From NCBI GenBank assembly GCA_020184695.1, contig JAANOX010000018.1, positions 62,001 through 126,000 on the forward strand: 64,000 nt of DNA, read 5' to 3'. The DNA is from Histomonas meleagridis 2922-C6/04-290x. Lineage: Eukaryota > Protista > Parabasalia. A program made the position numbers and the translations under genes. Positions within the stretch are counted from its first letter, which is position 1. Each line of letters opens with the position of its first letter. Positions 12,028 through 21,830 of this stretch are shown piece after piece. The notes under the pieces were generated by a model. That model did not search any database. It saw only the letters and a list, made by a program, of their open reading frames with translations, and was not told the DNA's origin.

Positions 12028-12564
12028 TTTTTAAATACACTTTTTCTTTAAGAAAACATCAAACTTGAATTGAACGATACAAAATTGAATGCTATCTCAT
12101 TTGATTTCATTTTAAATCGAAAACAAAATAAAAACATAGATAATAAGTGGAGATTTGATTTGTTTATTATTTTGTATAATTTTCATGAATTAAATCATGG
12201 TAGATTTTAATATTATGAAACAACAAATTTTAAAATTACATTTGCTTTATTCATTATAGACATGTTTCTAAAATGTGTTATTAGTTTTGAAATTTAAATG
12301 TATTAAATACATTCGGAAATTGCATAGAAAATGATTTGTCTCAATTCCACAATGTATTTTGAGGACATTTATGATGTAGAATACGCCCTAGAACCTGGGG
12401 TGTTTGCAAGGGGCATGATAATATTTGGCGATCATTTCACAAATGGCGATTATCACATTTTAATGACATTGAAAAACAGTGAAGAAGAAATCTAAAAAAA
12501 GGTTAAAAGTCTTACGTGCATAGGTAACAATAAATAATTATTTCTAGAAATGCTCAAAATACGT

Positions 12565-12813
12565 TTATTTCTTAGGAGCATAGATTGCTTGAAGTTTCTT
12601 CATGCACTTCTTGAGGTGGCTCATACGGCCTGTTCCTTGTGTGCGCTTTGCGTGTGCTTTCTTGGCCCAGTTGTAATGGCGCATTGAAGCTTCTGGATAT
12701 CCGCACTTGGCGCACCTTCCTTTCTGAATATGGTATGAGCGACTTCCGCAACGACGGCAGATTGTGTGTGACTTATTGTGACGCTTACCGAATGATGGAG
12801 TGCCAGCACCCAT
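12565..12813 (-). CDS. RPL37: 60S ribosomal protein L37 (eL37)
   Basis: [37 protein letters not shown]...GTGRMSHLK. Confidence 0.98.
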   Translation of the reverse strand: MGAGTPSFGKRHNKSHTICRRCGSRSYHIQKGRCAKCGYPEASMRHYNWAKKAHAKRTQGTGRMSHLKKCMKKLQAIYAPKK

Positions 12814-12819
12814 TGATCA

Positions 12820-12840
12820 AAAGGAAAGACCATAACCGCC
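12820..12840 (-). promoter_or_regulatory. M5 (CCTTT) and M3-like (GGCGGTT) core promoter motifs upstream of RPL37
   Basis: Minus strand reads GGCGGTTATGGTCTTTCCTTTTGATCAATG. The M3+M5 pair is described for Trichomonas vaginalis ribosomal protein genes. AAACGGTT also occurs shortly upstream of other genes here (e.g. 36221, 37383). Confidence 0.6.
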
Positions 12841-12944
12841 AAATTGTAGAATTCAATTAAAAAATAAATGTCATACCATTTTCTATCAAAAACAAAATGT
12901 CAAAAAATCATTTAGTGAACATTAGTTCAACATATACCAATCAT

Positions 12945-13286
12945 TTATTTTTTCCCAATGATTGAACGTAAAATCGACTTAGGAATTGCAATGGCAGCAA
13001 CTATGAGTAAGACTAATATTACAATGCATATGTATGAAACAATGCTTGCACCTCCTACTTTTTGAACGGTTTTAAGAGAGTCTGTAGCTTTATTGATTTT
13101 TTCATCAGTTTTATCCATGTGATCATTTATTTCTTGACACATATCGATCTGACTTTCAATTTCGTTTCCAATATCTGTGGCATTTTTTAAAGTGGCATCT
13201 GCTTGATCCACAAGAACATCAATTAAGGCATCAATTTGCTTATCCTGTTCTTTATTCTCTTGATGAAGTTGTTCTGCGGTGGACAT
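12945..13286 (-). CDS. Q-SNARE (t-SNARE coiled coil plus C-terminal TM)
   Basis: EQDKQIDAL...A..IGNEIESQ..M..EINDHMDKTDEKI followed by a hydrophobic tail. Start set at the ATG of MSTAEQ. Confidence 0.85.
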   Translation of the reverse strand: MSTAEQLHQENKEQDKQIDALIDVLVDQADATLKNATDIGNEIESQIDMCQEINDHMDKTDEKINKATDSLKTVQKVGGASIVSYICIVILVLLIVAAIAIPKSILRSIIGKK

Positions 13287-13395
13287 TTGAAAATGTAAAC
13301 AATTGAAATTGAGATAATTCAAAAAGCAAATTTGAATACTTAAACCCCTTTAATCGTAAACCGTAAATTTCTCAACGCCAAAAAACAAACATTTA

Positions 13396-14658
13396 TTAAA
13401 TACAGCTTATCATCTGACGAATTGTTTCTTTCCGCCCAGAGAAAATCCTCCTATAAGCGTTCTTATAGAATAACTGAGATATTGCCACAACAATCTTTAG
13501 CTCACTTCGGTCTTTTAATTCCATATATCTGCAAATATCGGAAATGTGCATAGTATCTAAATAATTTAATTGTTCGCTTTTCATTGTCTCTGTGCATATG
13601 TCATTTAACAATACCGCTTTGTGAACTAATTCAAGTAACTTTTGTTCACAGATTCGGCCACAAAGTGATTTTGGTGCTTTTGATAGAATTTTTATGGTAT
13701 CAGAAGTCCATTCTGCTGGCGCAATTGGAAAGTGAACATAAGTTTTTGATAACCTGTTATAAATATGATTAATTTTGTTTTGATCGGGATTGACCGCATA
13801 TAAAACATTTGTTGTATAAGTTTTATAAATGTGGTTTTGAACAGTGAAATCGGTGAACTGAGTGATTAACTTCTTCGAGACATTAATCCATGTCCATGGC
13901 CTTTTAAATTGAAATAAGATTTCATATGGAATTTGGGATTGAGGGAGAACACATTGTAAAAACAGACCAGGAACAGGATCATATTGGAGTTTGTCATTTG
14001 ATAGTTCAAGTTGCTCTGGAAGAAGAAAATGTGATAATAATGAATATAATGATGAACACAATTCTAAATTTGGTGTCTCTATAACAGTAGTCATTTGGGT
14101 TTGGAGGTGAGATGTAAGACATTGACTTAAAAAGGTTAGATCGGAGGAAATTGATTCAAATTTTTTTAATTTTATTCCAGAATTCAATATTTGGAGAGCA
14201 TAATCGGCAGAAAACTTTCGAATTGACTCTGAAAAATCAGTAATTTCAGAATTTTCATCTGTTTGAAATTTATAATATTCCGTTCCAAGCCAATGAATTC
14301 CATTAAATATTAATTCATTGATATATGGTGAAGATTTTATCTTTGAAGAATCCATAAAAATTGCCAGTGCATAAAATTTCTTTCTGTATTTAGCAAAATC
14401 TGAAATAATTGCAGAAAACATTGTAATTCCATTATCTTTTATATCTTCACGAGAACACCTAAAATCAATATCATTTTGTCTAAAAATATTATTAAGAGCA
14501 ATTTTAAAATATTCAATGTACTTGATTTGGTGGTAAGTATCAAATTCCCAACAATAATCGAGTGAAATTCCGCTTGAAAGTTCATATGAAGCTCCTCCGA
14601 CAGATATGAATGGATGTTCTTCTTCAAGAACAATTCTAATGGGAAAGGGAGGATTCAT
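13396..14658 (-). CDS. Hypothetical protein
   Basis: 420-aa ATG ORF; no confident motif. Confidence 0.65.
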   Translation of the reverse strand: MNPPFPIRIVLEEEHPFISVGGASYELSSGISLDYCWEFDTYHQIKYIEYFKIALNNIFRQNDIDFRCSREDIKDNGITMFSAIISDFAKYRKKFYALAIFMDSSKIKSSPYINELIFNGIHWLGTEYYKFQTDENSEITDFSESIRKFSADYALQILNSGIKLKKFESISSDLTFLSQCLTSHLQTQMTTVIETPNLELCSSLYSLLSHFLLPEQLELSNDKLQYDPVPGLFLQCVLPQSQIPYEILFQFKRPWTWINVSKKLITQFTDFTVQNHIYKTYTTNVLYAVNPDQNKINHIYNRLSKTYVHFPIAPAEWTSDTIKILSKAPKSLCGRICEQKLLELVHKAVLLNDICTETMKSEQLNYLDTMHISDICRYMELKDRSELKIVVAISQLFYKNAYRRIFSGRKETIRQMISCI

Positions 14659-15034
14659 TTTTGTTGGTTGCCCAAAAACAGTACTCTCGGATTCTGAGCT
14701 TTATAACTTTCACATTCAATGAAACGAATCTGATTTCTTTGTGTAGTTTGTCAAACTTGAAAGGAGGCCGTTTGATAAATCACACAAGACCATCGTCTTT
14801 ATTTCAATTGAACTCACCCCACTAATTCAATTTCCGTTTACCAAGAAATTTCAATTCAAATCTTGACCTTCTCTGTGTCGATAATTTTAAAATCATAATA
14901 TAATATTATCTCAACCTCTTATTTTTTTTTTTTCTTTAAAAGAAATTGTATAAATTTTTTCTTCCTGATTTTCAATAATTTTAATTTTAAGTTCGTTAAT
15001 ATTTTATTTTATCGCAATTATTAAAACACTAATT

Positions 15035-16587
15035 TTAATAACCAGATGAACCATTCAACAATTCTGATAATTCCCTTTGAAGTGTATTGATCAATCCCAA
15101 GAATTCATCATTATCTCCATGTACTAAAAACAAGCACAATGTAATCAAAGATGCTGATTCATACGATGCCGTAATAGTTAGCAACATATCTGTTTCCAAT
15201 CTTTTTGCTACTAACTCCATATCACTTTGATGAAACCATTTTATACCACATTCAGTTAGTTGTCTTTGTAAAAATAACATAAGTAATTCTAGTGGCAGTT
15301 CAATATCAGTAAACTTTTGTTCAATACCAATTGAAAATGATGTTGATGGTAACGCGCTACCATACCAACCAACTCTTTGAGCAAAAGACTGTGGTGTTTT
15401 AACGCTCCCAATTGGTGAGTCAGGTGAATCTCCTAGGAAAAATGTGCAGGGCGGCATCATTAGGGCACCCTCGGGGGAGACGTTAAACGAGGCTACATCA
15501 TTTCCGGCGCACCAAGGCAAAGAATCAAGAAAGTTACTTCGGTTATACATTAAGTAAAATGTTTTGGCATTAGTATGAACATTGGCTGTAAGTTCTTGCA
15601 TTATTTCTTCATTAGAGTTATATCCTATTGATAAAAGTAATTGGAAAAATTGAACTTCACTTGGATTCACTTCAATAGGAGTGGTGACGTTAGGCGTGAG
15701 AAGGGGGCGAGGTACTTGGTAACCATTAGGAAGATATTTCAGAAATGCAGGATGAGATTTAATCTGTGAAATGGTAATTCTTGAGCTAACATCAACACAA
15801 AGCATTTTGCTGATGAGGTCTTTGACCTCAGGTTCAAAAGCAGGCATTTCATATTTACCTAATTTGATCTTTGCAAAAAGATGTCTTATACTGGCATCAT
15901 CAAAAGGAAGACGTCCCTATGGGTTAGATCAAGTAAGTGCAATTCCTTCATTGAAGGAATTGCAAAAAAACATACTGCTAATAATGCATATAAAATAACA
16001 CCACAACTCCAAATATCTGCACACTTACCATCATAAGGGACAAAACGTATGACTTCTGGTGCTGCATAGTGTGGGGAACCACAATATGTTTCTGCAATAT
16101 TTGATGGAAGCCATCTGGCAAAACCAAAATCGCCAATCTTAACGTGATAAAATTGGTCAAGGAAAATATTCTCCAGTTTGATGTCTCGGTGACAAATTCC
16201 ATGTGTGTGAAGAAATTCAATACCATAAATAATTTCACGAAAAATTAACATGGCTTGTTCTCGAGGAAGTCCCTTCCTTTGTATAAGGTAATCGAAAAGT
16301 TCACCATGCGGAGCATATTCAAGTATAATATAAAGATGATTTTTAGACTCAAAAACATCAATTAACTTTGTAATATGTGGATGATCTAACAGTCTCATAA
16401 TTGCAATTTCCCTGTATATTTTTTTCGGTAAATCAGGATTATCCATAAAATCTGATTTTTTGATTATTTTTATAGCAACTTGAGTGTTGCTTGGCTTATG
16501 TACACCAATTTTAACTTTACCAGTAGAACCTGTTCCAAGAGTACGCCCAAGTTTGTAATCTCCTATTTCTCGCTCAGGTTCATTCAT
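15035..16587 (-). CDS. CAMK-like (AMPK/BRSK-type) Ser/Thr kinase, two exons
   Basis: LGTGSTGKVK, HRDIKLEN, DFG, CGSPHYAAPE. Splicing 15917-15975 gives YALLA|GRLPFDDASIRHLFAKIKLGKYEMPAF, in frame with ORF 15035-15847. Confidence 0.95.
15917..15975 (-). other. Canonical spliceosomal intron, 59 nt, phase 0, with an internal 13-bp hairpin
   Basis: 5' GTATGT and 3' TCTAACCCATAG (branch point next to the acceptor, trichomonad style). Removal restores kinase subdomains IX-X. Confidence 0.93.
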
Positions 16588-16687
16588 TTACTGGTACTTT
16601 CCTTTCAAATGTGCCGTTTACAATAATGTAAAGTTATAAAAAGGAATTTGTGATGTTTACGTTAATTTTTTTTATCATTTTTTTATA

Positions 16688-19086
16688 ATGGAAGAAACCC
16701 AAGAAAAACTATATTATGATAAATTACAAACAATAGAGAAACTTGTATTTGAATTAGATGAAAACAAAGTACAAACAATAGTTCAACAAACTATAAATAT
16801 TTTTGATTCTAATTTCAAATATTCTTTTAATCTTATGTTATGTCAACTTATTTATTCTTCTTTTTTATCGCAAAAGAAAAATGTTGGTATATATTTTCAA
16901 TATTTAAAAGCTTTAGAATCTAAAGAAGAAGAAAAAATTCAAAATTCAATAAGTTCATTAATAGATATTTTAAGAAATTTTCTTCTTTCATTAACATCAC
17001 AAGAATCAAATTATCTTCTAGAACAAATGATTAACTTTGAATTAATGCAATCGAAATTTCTCAATAAAAAATCGACATTATATTTTGTACATCATAAAAC
17101 AGAGAAAGAAATAAAACATCTTTTAGAAAATTCTCAATATAAAGAAATGTTTACAAAAGATTTTGAAGAGCTTCAAAAAGATGATTGGAAACTTCATAAG
17201 AAACTTATTAATGAAGGTGTTAATACATTAGAAATATCAAAAGCCATACGAAATGATAATATTGAAAAACTTCAAGAAATTTCATCAGTACAAAACTTTG
17301 ATTATAATCAAAAAGTTCCGCCATCACTTTATGAAAGGTATTCTTTTATTAATAATGATGATATTTCACTTATAGAATATTCAGCATTTTTTGGATCTAT
17401 TAAATGTTTTAAATATTTATTATTAAATGGAGCAAAATTAGAAAAAACAGGAAAATTTGCAGCTGTTGGTGGAAATATTGAAATCATTCATTTGTGTGAA
17501 CAAAATAATGTATCATTTGAAGGTTCTGATGAACCTATAATTGAATTTCATAGAAACGATATTTTCCATTATTTCCATGAAAAACATTATATTGATATTA
17601 ATAAAATAAATGAATTAGGAAGGTTATGTATTAAATATTATAATTACGAAATTTTTAATTTCTTTATTGTAGAAGAAAAAATGGTAATTGATGATGCAAT
17701 AATTTTCGAAGCTATAAGAATTGGAAATATTTATCTTATTAAATATTTCTTAAAAAGTTGTATATTACCAAAAGGCGCTATGTTTGAAGCTGCTCAATCT
17801 GGAAATGTTGAAGTTGTTGAATTCATTTGTAATGTTGAAAAAATCGATGTTAATGAAAAAAATGTTTTTTTATTTAACTTGATTTTTATTTTAATTTTTT
17901 GATGTTTTATTAATATTTTTGGTATTTATATTTTGCTTTTAAAACTGGTTTAATGGCTGCTTGTATTAAAGATTCTAAAGAAGTTGTTAAATTCCTTTTA
18001 AGTCAAGAATCCATTGATATTAATGCAAAAGATATTAAATTAAAATTTATAAAATTCCTTTATATAACAACAAATTTATCTTTTTAATTTGATATTTAAA
18101 TACCTCTTTTGTTACAGCACTTATGTACGCATGTAGAAAAGGACATACTGATATTACTGAATTACTTCTTAAAAAAGAAACAATTGATATTAATGCTAAA
18201 GATATTTTTGAGTTATTTTTAAATTTTATTTTATTAATTTTATGTTTTTTGTAAAAAATTGGAATTTGATTTAATTATTTTGGACTGCTTTATTAAATGC
18301 TTGTAAAAAAGGTCACGTTGGATGTGCTAAACTTTTATTGAATCAAAAAGGGATTGATATTAATGCTAAAGGTGTTTTGTTTGTTTTATATAAAGTTAAT
18401 TTTTATTGATTTCTAGTTTCGTTTAAATATTTGGAATTTTATTATATATTATATATCTTCTTTAATGTATTCTTGTAGATATGGTCGTACTGAAGTCGCT
18501 GAATTACTTCTTGAGCAAAAAGGTTTAAATATTAATGAGTCTGATGAAGTTTATTTTATGAATATTATGTTTTACATTATGATTTGAAATATTTTTCTAT
18601 TATTTTGGACAGCTTTGATGCTTGGTGTATTACGTGGAAGAACTGAAGTTGTTAAATTACTTTTAGAACAAGAAGATATTGATGTAAATATGAAAAATGT
18701 TTATATATATTTTTGTTTGTTTCAACACATAATTTTTGGTTTAATTCCTAAATTTGGAATTTATTTAAATGATTTTTGACTGCATTAATGATTGCTTCTA
18801 TTTTTGGGCATACACAAATTGCAAAATTACTTCTTAGGAAAAAAGATATTGATATTAATGCAAAAGATTTTTGTTTTCTTTTTTTGACGTATTTTTCAAT
18901 GTTTTAAAGTTTCATTTTAAGAATTGGAATTTTATCAAAGTAATTCAGACAGCTCTTGATTATGCACGAGAAAATAATAATACTGAAATTATTGATTTGT
19001 TACTTGAACAAGAAGGAATAGTTGATAGTCAGAGAAAATGGTTTATTTATTTTTCATTAATATTTCTTAAGAAAAAAAAATCTTAG
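16688..19086 (+). CDS. Locus A: DUF3447-like/ankyrin-repeat protein interrupted by 27 non-GT-AG spacers (25x17 nt, 2x18 nt); about 645 aa after removal
   Basis: 392-codon first segment, then junctions at 17864-17940, 18034-18110, 18204-18280, 18374-18452, 18549-18605, 18699-18775, 18869-18945. They decode to KNDDGKTGL, KDKQDVTAL, KDKYGWTAL, KGKLGISSL, SDEYEWTAL, KNFLGLTAL, KDDKGQTAL. 2399-461=1938 nt, divisible by 3. Confidence 0.85.
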
Positions 19087-19339
19087 TAAACAGACTCTGT
19101 TTCGCGAAACATTTCTTTACGAATAAAATTTTATTTTTAATACATCAAATTTAATTATAGATCTAATGGCGCATCCAATCCAATCTTGTATGGGGTGGTG
19201 CATTTTTTGAGGGGTTTGAAATGTGTAAAGCTTAGAAATTTTAATTCAAAACGATTACCCGACCAATTGTAAACATTTGAAAAAACACATCACATTTGTG
19301 CGCAAAAGATGAAAATGATTTTCACATCATTTTATTGCT

Positions 19340-19789
19340 ATGTCTCTTCAAACAATCTCTGAAGGAAACAACTACACTGCTGTCAATGTTGGACCAGCAT
19401 CAGAAATAGAAAAATATGTTTTCACAGGTTTTGGTCAACCAATTCCAGGAAAAGTTTTCCTACAACAAGCACTTCATTTAACAGGATCTGAAATATCTTA
19501 TACATCAATTCCTGCAGGTGTCCAACTATCATTCTTCCATTCACATAAAGAAAATGAAGAAGTATATATTGTTATTCAAGGAAAAGGCGAATATCAAGTA
19601 GATGATAGTGTTTTCCCAATTGAAGAAGGATCTGTTGTTCGTGTTGGAACTGGAGCTAGTCGTTGCTACAAGAACACAGGAACTGAACCTCTAGTTATAA
19701 TCTGTATCCAAACCAAAGAATCTAAAGAACCACTTAAAACTGGTCACGACGCAGAGTTCCTTCAAACTGAACCAAAGTTCACTAAGTAA
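19340..19789 (+). CDS. Cupin domain protein, bacterial-like
   Basis: FFHSHKENEEVYIVIQGKGEYQVDDSVFPIEEGSVVRV cupin motif. Confidence 0.85.
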   Translation: MSLQTISEGNNYTAVNVGPASEIEKYVFTGFGQPIPGKVFLQQALHLTGSEISYTSIPAGVQLSFFHSHKENEEVYIVIQGKGEYQVDDSVFPIEEGSVVRVGTGASRCYKNTGTEPLVIICIQTKESKEPLKTGHDAEFLQTEPKFTK

Positions 19790-20020
19790 ATCAAAATTAA
19801 TTTAAATTTAAATGAAACGAAATTTCGTAATGAATTAATTGTTTCAATACATGAAAGTAAAAATATATAATTATAGTATATATAGTTATAAGCATAATAT
19901 TCTATCTCCAAATGTTCCAAAAGCAAAATCAGTTATTTGCTTTGTTCCATTGACCTACAAGAGCAATTCTCTTTTCATTAAAATTGACAATCTTTGTTTA
20001 AATGTTTTGGTTGCTGAGAA

Positions 20021-20866
20021 ATGCTTAGTTTCTTTTTAGTTTTATTATCTGGATTAAAATCAAAAGAACAAGATCCCACAGAAATCGCACCTGCTGAATT
20101 TAAAACTACAGAAAAGAATAAATATCAAACTCCATTAAATAAAACATCTGAAGAGAAAAAATGTCCATATAAAAACACTCGTTTACATGGAAGCAAATGC
20201 TATTGTATTTCTGGATATTTTGGAGATAAGCCAATTGGTCCAAGAGGATGCTGGACATGTGAACCCAAATGTCTTTTTGATGCCCAATGCACATATCCAG
20301 GAAGGTGCGTCTGTAAATATGGTCTTGTTGGAGATGGGGTTACTAATTGTGACCCACCAGTTCCATCAATTATTTCTTTGACTCAAATCCCTTTTTCTTC
20401 TTATGTAATTACTTACTATCAAGCACCAACAGAATTTATTCCTTATGTAGCATATTGTAATTTTAATAAGCAAATTGTGAATGGATTGATTAATATCAAT
20501 CGATCAATCTCATGCTTAATTCCAAAAGATCTTTCAGGAGAAGTACTTATTTCTCTCTCTTTTGACATGTCAAATTGGTCTAATTCTATCCCTTTCATTA
20601 TAAATGAAGTTACTTATAATAAAACAAATTTTCAAAAAAGGAAATTATGCACTCAAGAAATAGAAAAACTTATTCCTCTTCTTTATAGCAAAAATATGTA
20701 CATTGTTATATCAATTTTGTTATGTGTTTTATTTTTCTTTTCTTGTATGATACAGCAGAAACATGATGAAATTTCATCCGAAGAACTCGTTCCTCTTGTT
20801 CGCAAGCCTGTTGAAAAGCGAAAACAAAAACATGATGGAATGGTGAAACGAGTTGTTCTCAATTGA
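20021..20866 (+). CDS. Single-pass membrane protein with EGF-like Cys-rich repeats
   Basis: Signal-like N-terminus; CYCISGYFG, CLFDAQCTYPGRCVCKYGLVGDGVTNC; TM near the C-terminus. Confidence 0.8.
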   Translation: MLSFFLVLLSGLKSKEQDPTEIAPAEFKTTEKNKYQTPLNKTSEEKKCPYKNTRLHGSKCYCISGYFGDKPIGPRGCWTCEPKCLFDAQCTYPGRCVCKYGLVGDGVTNCDPPVPSIISLTQIPFSSYVITYYQAPTEFIPYVAYCNFNKQIVNGLININRSISCLIPKDLSGEVLISLSFDMSNWSNSIPFIINEVTYNKTNFQKRKLCTQEIEKLIPLLYSKNMYIVISILLCVLFFFSCMIQQKHDEISSEELVPLVRKPVEKRKQKHDGMVKRVVLN

Positions 20867-21128
20867 TATTTGTAAATTTTTAGAGATTATGCAAAATTTT
20901 GTTTGTATCGTTTTAAAACTTTTTAAATTCAAATTCAATGGATAACGATCAAAATCCATACGAAATTTGATGTTAATAAATTTCCTGTTTCCATATAAAA
21001 ATAATATAAAAAAGAAGAAATTAAACTTCAAATAATTATAACTAATATAAAGTACAAATTTTATTTGGACCAATTTTTAAAATTCATTCAAAACGAAAAA
21101 CAAATTTCAAAATTTTACGAATAACAAA

Positions 21129-21830
21129 TTACTCATTTTGTTCTTTTCTTTTATCGCTATCCTCTCCACTTTCAACTTTCGCGTATTTCATTGATCTGAT
21201 CGAAAAAATACTTAAAAAGAACAATCCATAGCTTATGACAAACAAAAGAACAAACTTAAGCCAAAGGATTTTGATCTGTGTCAACGCGGCAATTCCGTAA
21301 TGGACTAAAGTACAGATTATGTACATTAAAAAAATATTAAGTTCTGATAATCGGAAATAAAAAATTCCAGAAGCAATGTGGAAAACAGAAAGCGCATGGT
21401 TGGATAGTGCTAAATCGAGGCAATTCGGGAAATATGGTGGATGATCAGAGTTAATTTCAACCGAATAAGGTTGATTGAAAACCATTGGGAGATATAAAAC
21501 AAGTACATGTGCAAGCGCATAGCCCATTCCCATTGCTATTCCAAGTGATGAACGGTCAATTGGTGATGATAAAAATTTTGGTTTACATCCAAAAAATTTG
21601 AGGACAGGCTTTCCAATGTTTTCAATAGGAACTGAGTACAGTAAAATAAACCATGGATTTGTTGTGAACAAAGAGGATAATGAACAAAAAATAAGGAGAA
21701 CTGTGCAAATAAATGATGAAAACCATCCAATTAGTATAAACCGATACTTTGTAATAAGAACGCAATGTACTGCAATAACAGGAGCTATAGCAATGAGCCC
21801 AGATCCGACATTTATAGAAGTTGTATCCAT
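21129..21830 (-). CDS. APH-1 (gamma-secretase subunit)-like multipass membrane protein
   Basis: GSGLIAIAP, SVPIENIGK, LGIAMGMGYALAH and FHIASGIF match the spacing of APH-1 motifs as I recall them. Confidence 0.55.
   Translation of the reverse strand: MDTTSINVGSGLIAIAPVIAVHCVLITKYRFILIGWFSSFICTVLLIFCSLSSLFTTNPWFILLYSVPIENIGKPVLKFFGCKPKFLSSPIDRSSLGIAMGMGYALAHVLVLYLPMVFNQPYSVEINSDHPPYFPNCLDLALSNHALSVFHIASGIFYFRLSELNIFLMYIICTLVHYGIAALTQIKILWLKFVLLFVISYGLFFLSIFSIRSMKYAKVESGEDSDKRKEQNE

Noticed and set aside
17900-18900. Stop-codon reassignment to explain the broken ankyrin ORFs
   Set aside because: Ordinary genes end at TAA, TAG or TGA, and the breaks are frameshifts (77 mod 3 = 2) rather than in-frame stops.
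17864-18945. Treating each 77-nt block as one GT-AG (or AT-AC) intron using G|GT/G|AT donors and ACAG|CACTT acceptors
   Set aside because: The AG is not conserved (ACT GCT, TCT TCT, ACA CCA occur). This reading would delete the conserved D-x-x-G-x-T residues, and it cannot explain the in-register codons or the precise 17-nt losses.
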